From positions 21,452,001 to 21,516,000 of the forward strand of contig CDPCPM010000026.1 of assembly GCA_976551045.1 (NCBI GenBank): a DNA stretch of 64,000 nt, written 5' to 3'. The position numbers were made by a program, and so were the translations under genes. Below the pieces are notes generated by a model. That model ran no database searches, was not told where the DNA came from, and was given only the letters and a program-made list of their open reading frames with translations. Shown here piece by piece: positions 50,806 through 64,000 of the stretch (positions within the stretch are counted from its first letter, which is position 1; every line of letters starts with the position of its first letter). Source of the DNA: Glaucostegus cemiculus. Lineage: Eukaryota.

Positions 50806-51806
50806 TTCCGTGTAGTTCATGCATGTGGGTCAATTGGCTTTATTACTGTTTAAGTTAGATATTTCAGAAGTATGATGATTGAAAGTTCAAGCAACAGCTC
50901 AGCTGAGTAGCCCACAACACTTAACATTATAAAAGAGGTATAAAATAATATAATTAATTATTATACCTTGCTATTAATTCATTCCAAACCAAACCTATCA
51001 AATAGATATCTTTAATACAATGTAAATGATCACAGTTTATTGCCATGATCCACAGTTATAATATGTTTGTAATCATTTTGAAATTTTGTCATTATAAGTC
51101 TATAACACAATTGTTGCATTGGAATAAATGACACTTGATCCTAAGCAAGACTTCACATTATTCATTAACAGTTTTTGCAGTTTACTGCCCACACACAGCC
51201 CTTAAGTTTTCATTGATAAGTATGACCTTAAATGTGACCAATATTCCTTTCCAGTGGTTGCATTGCAACACTCGATCTCATCCTTTCATTCAAGGTAAGC
51301 CAGAATTCCTTTACTCTCTGTGCACACACTTTCTTCCTTCCTCTTCAATATCCAATTTGAAAAGCTAAACTGGCTTCATGACAAACACTCTGATCAAAAT
51401 GGAAAACTGGTTTTGCTTCAGTTGAATATCATAAACAGTACTGATATGTGAAGTAACTTTTTTTTAAAAAAAGATAACTACCAAAGTCAAATCTTCTCAG
51501 GAGAGTTGGCTAAATGTATATGCATCCTGTCTGAGTACTAGCAAAACAGTTTTACCAACTGATTAGCATGATTCAGTAGCTGAATGTGGCATGTCATGTC
51601 TTGTTGGATAATTTGTAGTATCTACACTACAAACGTAGTAAGCATATTCACTAAAAGAACTACTCAAAAACACTCTTTCTTGAACTTCTTCAAACTCGCA
51701 ACTTAAGCAGCAATTAAATATCCTTGATGTCTGCTTAGAGTGCTGAATTTCAGACTGGACTAAGTTGTCTAGAACTTTTGAAAATGTAAATTGAACTAAA
51801 ATTATA

Positions 51807-52270
51807 TAAGAATAAGTGAAATAGAAACAGCCACCCCCTCGTGCCCACTATATCACCTCCTTAATAGCAAAAGTCCATCAATCCCTGTCTTAAATATACA
51901 CAAAGATTGAGGTTCTTTAACCCTCCTGAGTACAAAAGTCCAGAGATTCATCATCATCTGAATGAAAAGATTTCTTCTCATCTCAGTCTTGAGATTTGGT
52001 TTAATAACATCTTGTGTTGTACCTTATCAAAGGTCTTCTTAAAGTCCAAATACATCACATCCACTGGCTTGCCCTTTTCTATCCTGCCAAGCTCAAAAAA
52101 TTCTAACAGATACACCAAACATAATTTCCCTTTCAAAATTCCATGCTGATACTTAAATCCACATTTTTAGCAAGAGATTCTAGCGTGTTGCCAAGATAAC
52201 TGGCCTGTAGTTCCCCACTTCCTTTCTTAAGTGGTGGAGTTAGTTACTACACTGCAGCATTTTGGGAAAT
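51807..52270 (-). mobile_element. Degenerate, internally deleted CR1 (RT N-terminal motifs joined to the 3' end)
   Basis: Minus strand PVDVMYLDFKKTFDKVQH, QHGILKGKLC, NYRPV; the left part gatttcttctcatctcagtctt is the antisense CR1 3' region. Confidence 0.8.
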
Positions 52271-54774
52271 GACAACTAGTAAATGTACAGTATTAGTCGC
52301 TACCTACAAATTTACTACAGAATTATACCTTTCCCCTTTGGTTTGCCTTTTTTGGATGGATATCAGTCAAAAGCATTGTATTTATACCACCACTAATGGA
52401 CTGATCTCACTTCATGTATGCCCATGATGAGGTTAGACAGCAACAATACTTCTGGAAAAATTTCTGCTCATTTTTCTTACTTGCATAATGCATTACCTGT
52501 GGAAGTTAAGGACTCACTAATAGAAGAAAGACCTTTTGATTTTAAAAGCCTTTTTTCCCCACTCTGCAATGTTGTGTCAATGTGTGGCTTTATATGCTCA
52601 GGTGCTTCACTCAATACTTCAGTTTCTGACAAGACTCAAAAGCAGTTTTCAAAAACAGGAGGTTAATAAGAGAACAAGTCCCCGTCAAGCAGCTGAGTCT
52701 AATTCAACTGACATTGATGAGAATCAATGTTCCTTCGAATGCATTACTTGGCAGAAACAGGACTTCATCCCAAAACCCAGCCAGTGAAAATGATGCCCTT
52801 CAAACATTAGTGAGAGGTGAAAATAAAGAGAGACCAAATTCCAGTTTATTCTCTTTCATAGAGCAAATGGATTCTGTGCACTTTATACATTAATCAATCA
52901 ATAACATGGACAGTGCATCAGAAACAAGGCAAAGTTATGAATGACCTTTTAAACAAAAGGACGCTCTAATGCTCATAAGACTGTTCATGGATTGGCAACT
53001 TTCTGGTTTTTATTCACATGATTAACCCTCAGAGGCATACAGACCTTGTTACTGTAGTAAATAATGTGACGTTTAGCAGTTATTTGTGCTTTTGGAAACC
53101 ATCAATGCTGAGCATTTCTTGGTCATATTCTGATTCCTTTTTAATTATTAAAGGCTTAGGAAACCACTGCCATACCAATTAAAGTGAGTACACTATGCTC
53201 ACTTCTAGAATCATGCAGGTGAGTCTGTTTCAAAACTCAAATCACCTTCCTAATGTTTCACTGACTGTGACATGGCCTGCACTGACATTTAACCCCTATC
53301 TGATCAGTGGTAAGATGAGTAAATCAGGATAAGAACTCTGTGCAGACCTTCCACTCCATTAAATGCAGGTCAGCCAGATTTACTGCGCTCCCAGCCTGAT
53401 GTAGCTCAGTTCATCGTTGGACAGCACCACTGTCCTGAAACAGCAGTCGGTGGTAACTGTCCTAAGCTCCCATCTGACTTGTTATCTAATTCATAATCAA
53501 TCCAGACAACATCACAGTCTCAACTCTGCCCTAGTCCGATACTGGTAAAACATCACTCATGGGATCGCTAACATCCATGATGACAGGTACCCTCCAAATT
53601 TTGTAGGTAGTTATCTATTTGAAAAGTTATGCCAACAGTTGGCAATTTAGGAGCAAGTGACCATTCTCCACAAAAAAATGCACCAATTGCTAATTTACAT
53701 AAAGAATTTGTAGTACTTATGCAGAGATAATTATTACATTGCAGAACATAAGGGTATACCCGAGGAAGCAAAATCAATATCAGAAGCTAATATAGAATAT
53801 AGCATAAAAATCATTTAACTGCGGAGATGTCATTAGCTAAGTGAATAATATAATTAAAACAGTATAGAATACAGTGCAAAAAGCTTTTTAATAGATCTGA
53901 GTTTTCTTAAAAGCCCTTAAGCAAAGAGATTGAACATGGTGTAAATACATGACCCTGGGTGATTGACGCAAATCACTGTCCTCAGTCACATGAAAGCTAA
54001 TGAAAGTGGGCCACGGTAATGAATTTCAAAGCCTATGAAGAAAAATGGATATCTGCTAAAAGTCATGATGTTCACTGTCCTTCATCCCTGGTAAACCAGA
54101 TATAAAACAGCTTAGGGAAAACTGATTGAAAATTGCCTAAGATGCCAAGGTAAATTCAGCAACTTTTCCCTTTTACTTGAAGTCATCCCATACAGGATCA
54201 ATGCTTGGAGATGCTCCAATATTACTATACTCATTGCTCTAATTTGTGCTCCTGTCCAGCAAGACTCCACATTAGGATGAGAGCTTTGCAGAATTTACTC
54301 AGTGTTGTCCCTTTACATATTTAGTTGTTCGTGGATATTTAATGGAAGATAGAATTCAGGAAAAGGAATTCAAATTCATTCTAAACAGGTGAAACGACAT
54401 GTTCTGTGGGAAATGGTTAGGAAGATTATCCAGTTGCTAGTGCAAGAAGACAAAAGAACATCTAAATTGGCAATAATCTATGATCTCAATTGAAACTGTT
54501 GCAAAAGTGCAGGAGGGACTGCAATTAAAACTACCACACTGGCACATTAGCAGCTTGTTGTTTTCAGGTAGAATCAAGGCATGAGTGGGAACAGAACACA
54601 AGTACCTTTACTCAGTATCCAAGCTGGAAGTATTGATACCTACACCAGATATCGACAAGGAAAATGCTTCCCTCAGCTTGACAAACGTAACATCTGTGTA
54701 GATATCAAAACCTTCAAGTTCAATGATTCTCAGTTAATTGATTACAGCTTTCGAATAGGCACTGAATAACTTAC

Positions 54775-55720
54775 CAACCAAAAGGCTACATTTATATAGT
54801 GTCTTTAATGTAAAATGATGGTGTATATTGATTATTATAGAGGGAGGTGAACAGTAAAATGAATTGGACTTTACATTGAGGCAAAGATTGGGAAGGATGA
54901 CAAAGTGGTTGGTTGAAGGGATAGGTTGTTTTGAGACTTATAAAGGTGAAGAGTGGTCAAGATCTCTGAGGATATTAGTCCTGAAGAGTGTAATTAAGGT
55001 GATTGAATATTCTGAGCCTGCTAATGATGTTAGTAGGCGACATGAAGTAACGGCTGAACAGAGGAGCCCACAGACCCCAGTGATGATGCTACAAAGGAAT
55101 GAAGAGAGGTGTTGCTGCATTCCAATATGTCAGAGTGGAACCACACAAATATTCATCTATAAGCTGGTGAATACAAGAAACACAGCTGAGGATGGTGGCG
55201 TGAGAAATCAGATGATCAGAGTGAAACTTAACTTTGACTCTCACCATGGTGCACCAATGTTTCGTCTGGTCCAGGCAGTCAGAAGGGCCAACACCAGGCT
55301 GCAGGTTATCTTGGTGCAGATCTAGCATTCAGATGTGGCTGATAGTTTTCAAAAAGGTTTTCAAGCTGTGAAAGTACTTGGAGAAGGAAAAATGAGTAAA
55401 TTGATTTTAGAAGGGAGGAGGATGGTTCCTAATGGAAAGGAGGGAATATCAGTGAGCAGGGAACTCAGGTACCACCGTGGCAGGCTGTCAAATGGTGAGG
55501 GCAGCAAAGGAGCGAGTGTGGATCAGATTGAAGGAAAGAGCAAATAGGGAGAGGTTGCATTTTGGATACAAAATAAGTTTGAAATTGGGTTTGCTGCGGG
55601 GGGGAAAGGGTATGGAGGGAGAGGAAGAGTTGGAAGAAAAGCAGGAGAGGCAGCTTGACTGGTGGCTTTAATCCCACTGTGTCGAAGATGTAATATTTAG
55701 AAATAATAATCAGAAGCAAG
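54775..55720 (-). mobile_element. Degenerate L2-type LINE fragments
   Basis: Antisense L2 tail acatttatatagtgtctttaatgtaaaa at the left end; purine-rich antisense body like the other L2 copies; may be composite. Confidence 0.55.
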
Positions 55721-58700
55721 ATGGAATTCATTTAGGGAAATGTTAGCAAAAATGAGTCTCTGTATGATCAAGTTCATGGGATAGATTTAAATTCTGAATG
55801 CTCAAGAAGTTCAGAAGGCATTCTGTCCTTAATTTCCATGTAACTTTGCAAGTATGATAATTTAATTCTAGGGAATTGGTGAATTATAAATTAAATGAAT
55901 CTTCTTCTATTATTTATGTACTGTTTAACTGTTTATCTTGTATTCTACAACCAAATAACTGTTTTTACTATTATCCAGTGTTCTCCTTGGTTGGAACATG
56001 GCTAAAGGGTACTGTGGCTACATATTTGAGAAAAACAGTTTATAAACAAATCACAAAAATACATTGTTATCATTTGGGCACATGGATTAAGTTACTTTTA
56101 CCGTAGACAACAATCCCATGTTTCATCTCAGCTTTGACGCAGGCAGTGGATACATCGATAGAAGCACACAGAAGGCTGAAGCCTACGTAATGATGAATGC
56201 CTAGCACTTGTCAAGTGTTCAAAAATTGGGCTGGTGGGAAGGGATTAGGCAAGCTGAATAAGTAAATATCTTGCCCATCCTCTCTGTTACTAGGAAGTAA
56301 TGGTATAATGCAGGTAGATTAAGGAATGCAAGCTTTCAATAAGTGGGCTTTTACTTGTTCTTTCAAAATACTTTGTTATCACAGTGCAAACAAAGGAACT
56401 CCATTAGTCTTGGACCCTGTGTCTACCTTCATCTGGCTCTTTTGGAAGAGAATGCAAAGAAAACTGACAAAAGAATAGACCACTATCAGTATGCTGGTGC
56501 ACCAAGGTAATGCATCATGGGACAGTCGTACGGAAGAGCGATGAGACCCTTCTCCACGGGAGGGAGCAAAGGTACAGTGCACTCCAGTGTTTGCTTATAG
56601 AGGTCCGATTATCACCTGTCAGCTGAGGAATGTTCAGTGGTGGGGAGAAGAGATTAAGGGAGGTTAGAACCAAGTAATCATAATGCTTATGTAATATGAC
56701 TACAATGGCAGCAGGAAGATAAGTCAATTAAACTGCACAATGGTTGCCCAACTTGCCATTGTTACTTAATCATTTATTTCAACATTTTTAGCTGCAAAGA
56801 GTAATTTTTAAAAGGCAAAGAATGAAGTATTTGCATCACATTATTAATGCATTCAATTGACCAAAATATTTCCGTCAGAGGTGAATAATATAATAGTGAT
56901 CCCATTCAGGAAATCGACAGCTATACATGTTAAGAGGAAATAGAAGGGGAAAAGGGAAAGAAAACAAGAGATTCCACAACATAATAAAAACAGCTTGCAT
57001 TTTAAGTCTTAATTTCCTGAACCAAATGACTGGTAATAATTTTCTTTTACTCCAATCAGGCACTAAGTACACAAACACTCCATGATATTTTGCATCTCAT
57101 AGCTTTAAATTATGCAGCCGTCTGCTAGTTATTTCTGCAACCCTACTGCTTATAACAAAACATTTCACTGCAGTATCACAACTCTGAACAATGGTTGTGA
57201 CTTAATAGGATTTATTACAAAAAATATAGGAAAGGGCTTTTGAAAAATCAGGACTTGAGACAATAGAAAGGGGCAGAGATTGGTGAAGCGAGTGCAGATA
57301 GCCAGCATTTTCCTCCTGGCTGACTTAGGAAGTGAAGTGTGAAGACTGAGTGGAACGGACAGGCTCTGCACTGTGATAACTGAAAGGGAAGAATCAGGTT
57401 AAGAGCAGAAATTAGTGCTATTATGTGCTCACAATGGAAACTGCCCAATGACTGCGACCATGAGAAAGAAAAAGAAAGATGGTGTTTCTTATCCATTAAG
57501 AACAGGCTCTGACTGTATTTTTTTTAACAAATGCAGCTACCAACATGTTTATGGCATTGAAAGAATTTTTGTGGTTTGGCTGGAAGATGATTCTGATTTG
57601 GGACAAAGACCCAAAAGTATGGCCATCTGCAGTGACTCTCAACTCCACTGATCTTGTAGTTTGATTTACACAAAATAAAATATTTTAACTAAATAATCTT
57701 ATGACAATGCTGTGGTTACAACTGAGAAAATAAACTCTATTTAACATCATCTTTTTCTGGCTACAAACAAATTCATGAATTACTTGTCAAACTAATAATA
57801 GTTGTTGCAGAAAACCAATTCTAAAAGAGAGTTTTTAAGAGTTGCGCCTTGGAGTTTTGCTACAGTATTAAATGCTGTTTTCTGAAGGGATTGTGGAATT
57901 TTTAAGTTGGCCTCTAGGAAGGGCATTCAGTAGAAATGAACTTAAGGTTTTGCTGATACCAATTGTCTGTCTCAGCAACTAGGTGGAGGGGGATTTGAAT
58001 ATTTGTACAGTTTAGCCATCTTAATATCTGAACTGAATATTAACACCAGATTGTGGAGGAAAGGAATAATTTGATCCCACAGTCTAACTTAAAATTGGGT
58101 TCCTTGTACTTTCACTGCTATGGCATTAAGGTCAAGTGTCCAGCACATGAAAGCTGCAATAAGCTTTCTGTTACCCAGTGCCTGTTTTTTTTGCATACGC
58201 TAATTGTCACATCAGCTTTTAGACAAAAAAACCTAAAACAGATGTGAATCACATTGCTGTCATACCTATTAATGAAGATACAAATACAGCAATAAACAAT
58301 GATCACATGTAATGGTGAACGTCAGATATTAGAACATCAAGCCATACCATTAAGAAACAGGCACTACATTTCTGCCAACTCTCTATGGAGCTTAAACTGC
58401 AATTAAAATATACAAAACTGCCCTGCTAAAATATAGTAAAACTAAGGTAGGTCCAAATATTTTATTCAATTACTTGGAATATCAACAAATGCACCCAAAA
58501 GGTGCAAGCTTTAATAAAATATATCTGAGCTAGCAATATCCTCTGTTCCTGTGAATGAATATTACAATTATATTTTTGAAACTTATTTGAATATGAAAGG
58601 CCCTTGCTGCTTTCAAAATGAATGCCCTTCTATCAATAGGTTAGGTGTTAAAACACAAAGCTGCAAAACCTGTTTGGTGAACAATATGAATTGATTTTAC

Positions 58701-59299
58701 ATAAATACCCAGAGTGGGCAAATATTTCTTTATTTTGAGAAACAAATCTGGTTACGTATTTCTTAGTGTTAAGATAGAAAAAATCCTGCAGTCTCTAAAA
58801 GGTTAACGTGACACCGGTGGAATTCTGTAATGTGTCTGTAATAAGGTGGCATAGAAACAATTTCCTTTATTATTCTGGAATTATCAGTTACATTGCATCA
58901 GTTTTTTTTTATTGTGTAGTGGGTGTGAGATTACTTGATTAAAGATTCATGGAATCATATTTTTTCTTGTTGCTAGGCTGCCTTATCAGTTAGCTACTTA
59001 TTTATTTATTGCAAAAATCAGGGTCAATGGTGGCTGATGAGGGAAAAAAAAGGAAATTTGTGCATGATCTGATCTCATTGGTGCCATAAGTTATAGCTGG
59101 AGGTGCATTAACTGCTCCCTACTTAGAAATCAAAAAAATGAATTAGGGAAAACCCTACCAGAAAATGTTGCACACTAATTTTCACTGCCCAACTGCAGCT
59201 GATTACGGAGCAGGAATATACAAAAATACAGGGTGGTGGTTAGAGTATAAATAAAACAAAGATACTATTTAAAATATGGCAAGCATGTAAAGTCATGTC

Positions 59300-59640
59300 T
59301 CAAATACCCAGAGGCAGCCTTTATTGTATTGTAAAATGAAGGAAATATAAAAACGACCCAACACAGCTTACTCCCATCATTTCTGAAAGGTCACTGGGAG
59401 ACGGCAGCGGCCTTGAGCCTGCACCTTTGCCTGATTAGTGACTCAATGGAGTGTGCCAATCTCTGGGGTCAGATAGAGAGAAATGAAAAATGGTCTGATA
59501 TAACCTTATTTTTATTTTAAGGCTTTATCATGCAACTGGTAAGATGCTGCAAAGTATATTCAGTTGGATATTTTGTGCTCCTTCAGGCTTGTCAAGATTC
59601 TTGGTAGGCGTGCATATTCAAATACGGCAATGTGATTACA
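59300..59640. promoter_or_regulatory. Candidate conserved non-coding or enhancer block
   Basis: Non-repeat with several retained CpGs; AAAGGTCA 59386-93, TGATTAG abutting AP-1 TGACTCA 59439-45, TGCCAA (NFI half-site). Confidence 0.3.
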
Positions 59641-60769
59641 CAGACAAAAAAATTATGCCACCTCCTGACTTTAATCAATAACTGCAGGGACTCAAATATT
59701 ATCTTTGTGGTGTCCTCGATATTATCCCAACAGTCAAGAACATTTGTGTTACAAGTATGAAAAAAGGAAGCTGATTCAAATCGGATTTAAAAAAAGAAAA
59801 AAATGGGCCACTATTTATTTTGAAGTGAGCGTGTCTGATTTTCATTCCGTTTATTTTGAAAGAATATTTGATTCTATGCTTGACAATACTCTACTTGTTC
59901 ACTGAAACCTGCATGGAATAAAATAGTGAATGACACTCATTTTCTTTTAGATTGCTTAAGATTGAAAAACACTGAGAAACCAATTAATGGAACATTAGAA
60001 CATATCACATTTACTAAATATTACCTGCAACACCATCTTTCCCAGTAAAGACATTTAAAATCCCCGTTGACTATTAAATATAACATTGTTCTTAAAGGGG
60101 CTCCTTTTACTAGTCTTATAATTTTTGTTACGTTATAATCACAACCTTCCATTTGATCTTATCTTTCAGTTAGTAATTATCATGCATGAGAATCATGGCG
60201 CAACAACCTGATCCACATGTGAAGAGCATTTTATGAAGTTGCAATTTTCACAAAACTCATGTTCCCACTGACATCAGCACCTTCCTCGTGACTCACTGTT
60301 TTGCCAGTCTGGCTTTGGAACTGATGGTAAACCATGAAACCAACAATTCTTTGAACAGATCTTGGTGAAATTTCTATATGCGCATCAACATCAAGCGACT
60401 TCAGCCACAGCCTTGGGGGATCAGTCAAGGCTCTGAACCAAATGAAGGAGTTCAGGATGTGAAGAACCATTATATTAACTTGGCGACAATCAGACAGGCC
60501 CATTTACCAGCTTATCTTAACAAGGCCGGGAAAACATAGAGGATGTCCCAAGACTATAACAATTCGTAGCTTTATTTATTTTTCCTCCATGGTATTATAG
60601 ATTTTGATTTTATTTTATAGATCTTAAAGACTTGAGAGGGCTCCATTCATTTCCCCCAATATTTAAAAACCCTATGCAGCTTCCTAAATTACTGAGGTTA
60701 GTTTTGTAGACACCTTAGGTTAAATCTTTCTTTTAATTCGTTTCCCTTCTTCTCATTTCAGTATAGGCC

Positions 60770-61030
60770 CTATTGTTTGAAAAGACGAAATCATTGTTAT
60801 TAGAAATTTCCCATTCAGTGGGTACTGAGCTTTGGAATTCTCCACCCAAAAGGGCTGAAGAAGTTCACCACTGAGTATATTCAAGATAGAGATCAGTAGT
60901 TTTGAATATTAAGGGATATAGTGCAGGAAAATAGTGCTGAGGTGAAAGACTAATTGTGGTTGTATTGAATAGGGAACAGAAATGAGGGGCTGAAGGATGT
61001 AATCCTGCTTCTAGGTCTAATGCTCCTATG
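60770..61030 (+). mobile_element. Old CR1 3' end
   Basis: ctttggaattctccacccaaaagggctg...gagtatattcaagatagagatc...attgaatagggaacagaaatgaggggctgaagg...ctcctatg. Confidence 0.75.
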
Positions 61031-61069
61031 TATTAAACTCAATTCAACACATTATTTGACCACCATCAT

Positions 61070-61935
61070 GCAAGGTATGTCTCCACCCACTGGAGTGTTT
61101 TCCCTTTGATGCCCATTAACTTCAGTTTGGTCAGAACTCCTTGATGCCACACTCAGTCAAAAGTTGCTGTGATATCAAGGGGTGTCACTGTCAACTATCT
61201 TTTGGATTTCAGGTCTTTGGTCCATTTTTGGGCCAAGCTTGTGATGATATCTGGAGTAGAGTGCTTTTTACATAGCGCAAGCTGATGGGCTGGTTACTGG
61301 TGAAGCAGTGCCACGTGGCAGCATGTCAATAACTCCTTTTATTTCTCTTCTGCTGTTTGATAGTAAACTGATTGGATGGTAATTAGCCAGATTGGATTTG
61401 TCCTGCATATTCTGAACAGGACCTATCTGGGCAATTATTCAGATTGTCAGGTGGATGCCAGTATTATACCTTCACTGGAACAGTCTGGTTAGGCAATAAC
61501 TAGTTCTGGAGCATAGGTCTTCAATACCAGAGCTGGAATGTTGTCTGGTCCCACAGCCTCTTCTGTATCCAGTGCTCTCTAGCCATTTCTTGGCATCACA
61601 TGGAGTGAATCAAATTGACTGAAGACTGGCTTCTTTGCTTGGTGGGAACTTCAGGAGGAAGCTGAGATGGATCACCTGGCTGAGCATGGTTGCAAACGCA
61701 TCAGTTGGTGCTGGTGCCACCAAGCCACCCCTGATGATGTACATTGAGGTCTGCTACCTACAGTACATTCTGCACCCCTGCCATTCTGTTACTTGCAATT
61801 TTTAACTCAAGTGTTGCTCAGTATGAAGGAGCACTGATTCATCAGCTGAGGGAGGATGACAGGTAGTTAGCAGGAGGAGGTTACCCTTGTTCATGTTTGA
61901 CCCGATGCCTCAAGACTTCATGGGACCTGGAGTGA
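61070..61935 (-). mobile_element. Non-LTR retrotransposon fragment of a second CR1/L2-group family (endonuclease and RT joined by an internal deletion)
   Basis: Minus strand LLLTTCHPPSADESVLLH and DLNVHHQGW (APE endonuclease); GPDNIPALVLKTYAPEL; SNLANYHPISLLS; LDITATFD*VWHQGVLTKLKLMGIKGKTLQW (RT). Confidence 0.87.
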
Positions 61936-64000
61936 GTATTTGTGAAATAGACAATGTGAGGGCATTGATTTCTGGTACTTTGATTCAAAGCAAATTAATT
62001 CCCAAATTAGCAGTTGTCTTTGACCTGTACCTTTCTGATATTGTTCTCTCAACTAATGCTCATCGAATCCTCTGCTGCCTTGCTTACAAAAGTTACTTGT
62101 ACTGTCCCTACTTTATATCTCCCTGCAACCTATGATCCTGCAAAGGAACTCAGAAATAACATGAAGCTTTAATACTTAATTTATATATCTTTGGATACTG
62201 AGGCTTCGTTTTACTGTGGGTGAGTGCCTCACATGGGCACCAACTGAATTTAAGATCATATACTTTACACCAAAAAGTATTTGCATTTTTAGTTCATTGA
62301 TAATTTTTTTGATGGAATGGACATCAGTGCTTCACTGAGCATTCCTCCCTCAGTTATTCTGCTCAAATACTATGTATGAAAATAACATTCAAAAACATTT
62401 CCAATCTCAGCATCCAGTCTCTCATTTTTAAGTCATAGATTTGTGTGTAAGACAAGGATAAGGATTATAGTCCATTGCAGCTGTAAAAAGAAATGTGTTC
62501 CCAAAACACCCTTTTTTTTGCGAGGCGTTTCAATATTTGCAAAGATTTAGAATTTCCTACACCATTCAGTGTTGCCACTGAATTCACCTCAAGCAGTGAT
62601 CACTACACATGTAAATAACCATCTTAAAGATACTGGTATTGAGCATTTGATTGAGAAAGCAAAACTTACAACATTTTTTGGCACTGGACTTTTCAGAAAT
62701 TAGAGTAAGTAATCTGTTTAAAACAGAATTTTAGATTTCATAAGGAGCTGACAGTGAAAATAATTATTTAACATGAAGCATATCTTCTTTTATGCAAAAT
62801 CAACACTGTGAGCAGCACAGACAAAATCAAAGCACCCAAACTCTACAATATCCCATTTTGTTAGAATCAAACACCAGCTAGGCCTTTCTTTGACAAATCT
62901 CAGATTCCAAGCACCTGATTAAATGTGATGAAAACTTGGTCACAAGAAGCAGAAAAGCAAATTATGTTTCTTCTCAATAATCTTCCAGTTTTGAAAACAA
63001 AATTAGATTGTCTTTCCTAACTCTCTGACTGATCTTCCCAGTTTTTTTATCCATTTTTGTACGCTGCTCATGCTGAAAAATGCTATGGTCCTAGAAAATG
63101 CAAGTTCATCCATCACTAACGTGACATTCAAAGTTAAACATAACAGCTTATGTTTTGTTTAAAGGAAGCATAAAACATCTGCTGTAGATTGTGGAAGAGT
63201 GACTGACAGTGGAAAGAACAGAATAGTTTAATTGCTTTCATTTATTAACAAAGAGTGCATTGTACTATGTGCACAGGCTGTGTGTAGGGGTGGAAGAGGA
63301 TGTGCTTATGAGGATATAAGCATGTTCTTCTCTCATGTTCTCCATATTGCAGGTGTATAACCAGATCATTGGTGTTCAGACACAAAACTGAAAGATTAAT
63401 TTTTGAATTGATCCTGTAATTTTGGGCCTGGTAAATGAAGTGAGAAGAGATTAAGAGGAGACTTTCAGCATCAGGAAAGTCAAGCAGGTCCAAAAGAATG
63501 CAAGATACATTAGAAAATCATATTTCTGTGATAAACAGCATATCTTTGGTGACACTTGCCTAAAAAGCCAGTATAAAGTAACTGTTTTCATAAAGTGTTT
63601 TTAAAGCATCAATTTCCCATTCTTTTTATTCCAAAGTGCAAAATGCAACTATTAGGTAGTGATTGGTAGATCAACATTTTGAAACCAACTTGATGAGATT
63701 CTATTTTTGTAAACAGTGAACAACTATTTGTTTACCAAGGTCTATCAAAGTCACATGTGGTCATACCCTGTTGCTCTGTAGTCTGCAATATTGAATCACT
63801 GTAGTTGGTCAGAATGGCCTAGAACTCAACATGCACAACAGATTGGCCATATTAAATCATCAAAGGAAGAAACTAGTGACTTTTTTTTTGTTTTAGATTT
63901 CCCATTTCTATCTAAGGGAGAGCTTGGTGAATTTGAGACTCAGTTTTGAATCCATGCAGGACAAATGGATAGAAGTTTTCTCCTTACATTGGTACGACTG

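Noticed and set aside
52640-52787. Hydrophilic protein-like stretch KRTSPRQAAESNSTDIDENQ
   Set aside because: No recognisable homologue and no clear flanking splice sites
54864-55325. 153-aa plus-strand ORF
   Set aside because: Lies antisense within decayed LINE-like sequence; no domain motifs
56190-56258. ATGATGA...CTGA resembling C/D snoRNA boxes (also 7980-8020 and about 20064-20103)
   Set aside because: No terminal stem or recognisable rRNA antisense element, or the spacing is too short
1-64000. CRISPR arrays, tRNA/rRNA genes, endogenous viral ORFs, CpG-island promoter, LINE strand bias
   Set aside because: None seen; tRNA-like boxes occur only as decayed SINE heads; LINE orientations are mixed and too few to infer a host transcription direction

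Overview
AT-rich, CpG-depleted vertebrate non-coding DNA, most likely from a cartilaginous fish (shark or ray). That assignment rests on my recognition of the repeats: an HE1/V-SINE, DeuSINE (SacSINE1-like) copies, many CR1 and L2 LINE fragments, and Penelope-like termini. I found no host protein-coding exon, tRNA, rRNA or CRISPR array that I can support. All recognisable protein similarity is transposon-derived and disrupted, so the window reads as a large intron or gene desert. The more interesting observations are: (i) a young CR1 insertion with an inverted 5' endonuclease segment and a candidate ATGAAA target-site duplication (24518-25758); (ii) a fossil two-gene PIF/Harbinger transposon that the ORF track misses (about 47890-49370); (iii) decayed hammerhead-ribozyme cores in Penelope-like termini (12994, 45880); (iv) CpG-retaining, hairpin-dense islets outside recognisable repeats (7915-8030, 26285-26465, 31069-31400); and (v) repeat-free blocks with developmental-enhancer-like motif clusters. 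I cannot claim a new biological system from sequence alone; the structured islets are the best candidates for follow-up. Repeat families were assigned from memory of consensus motifs, not from searches, and most boundaries are approximate.
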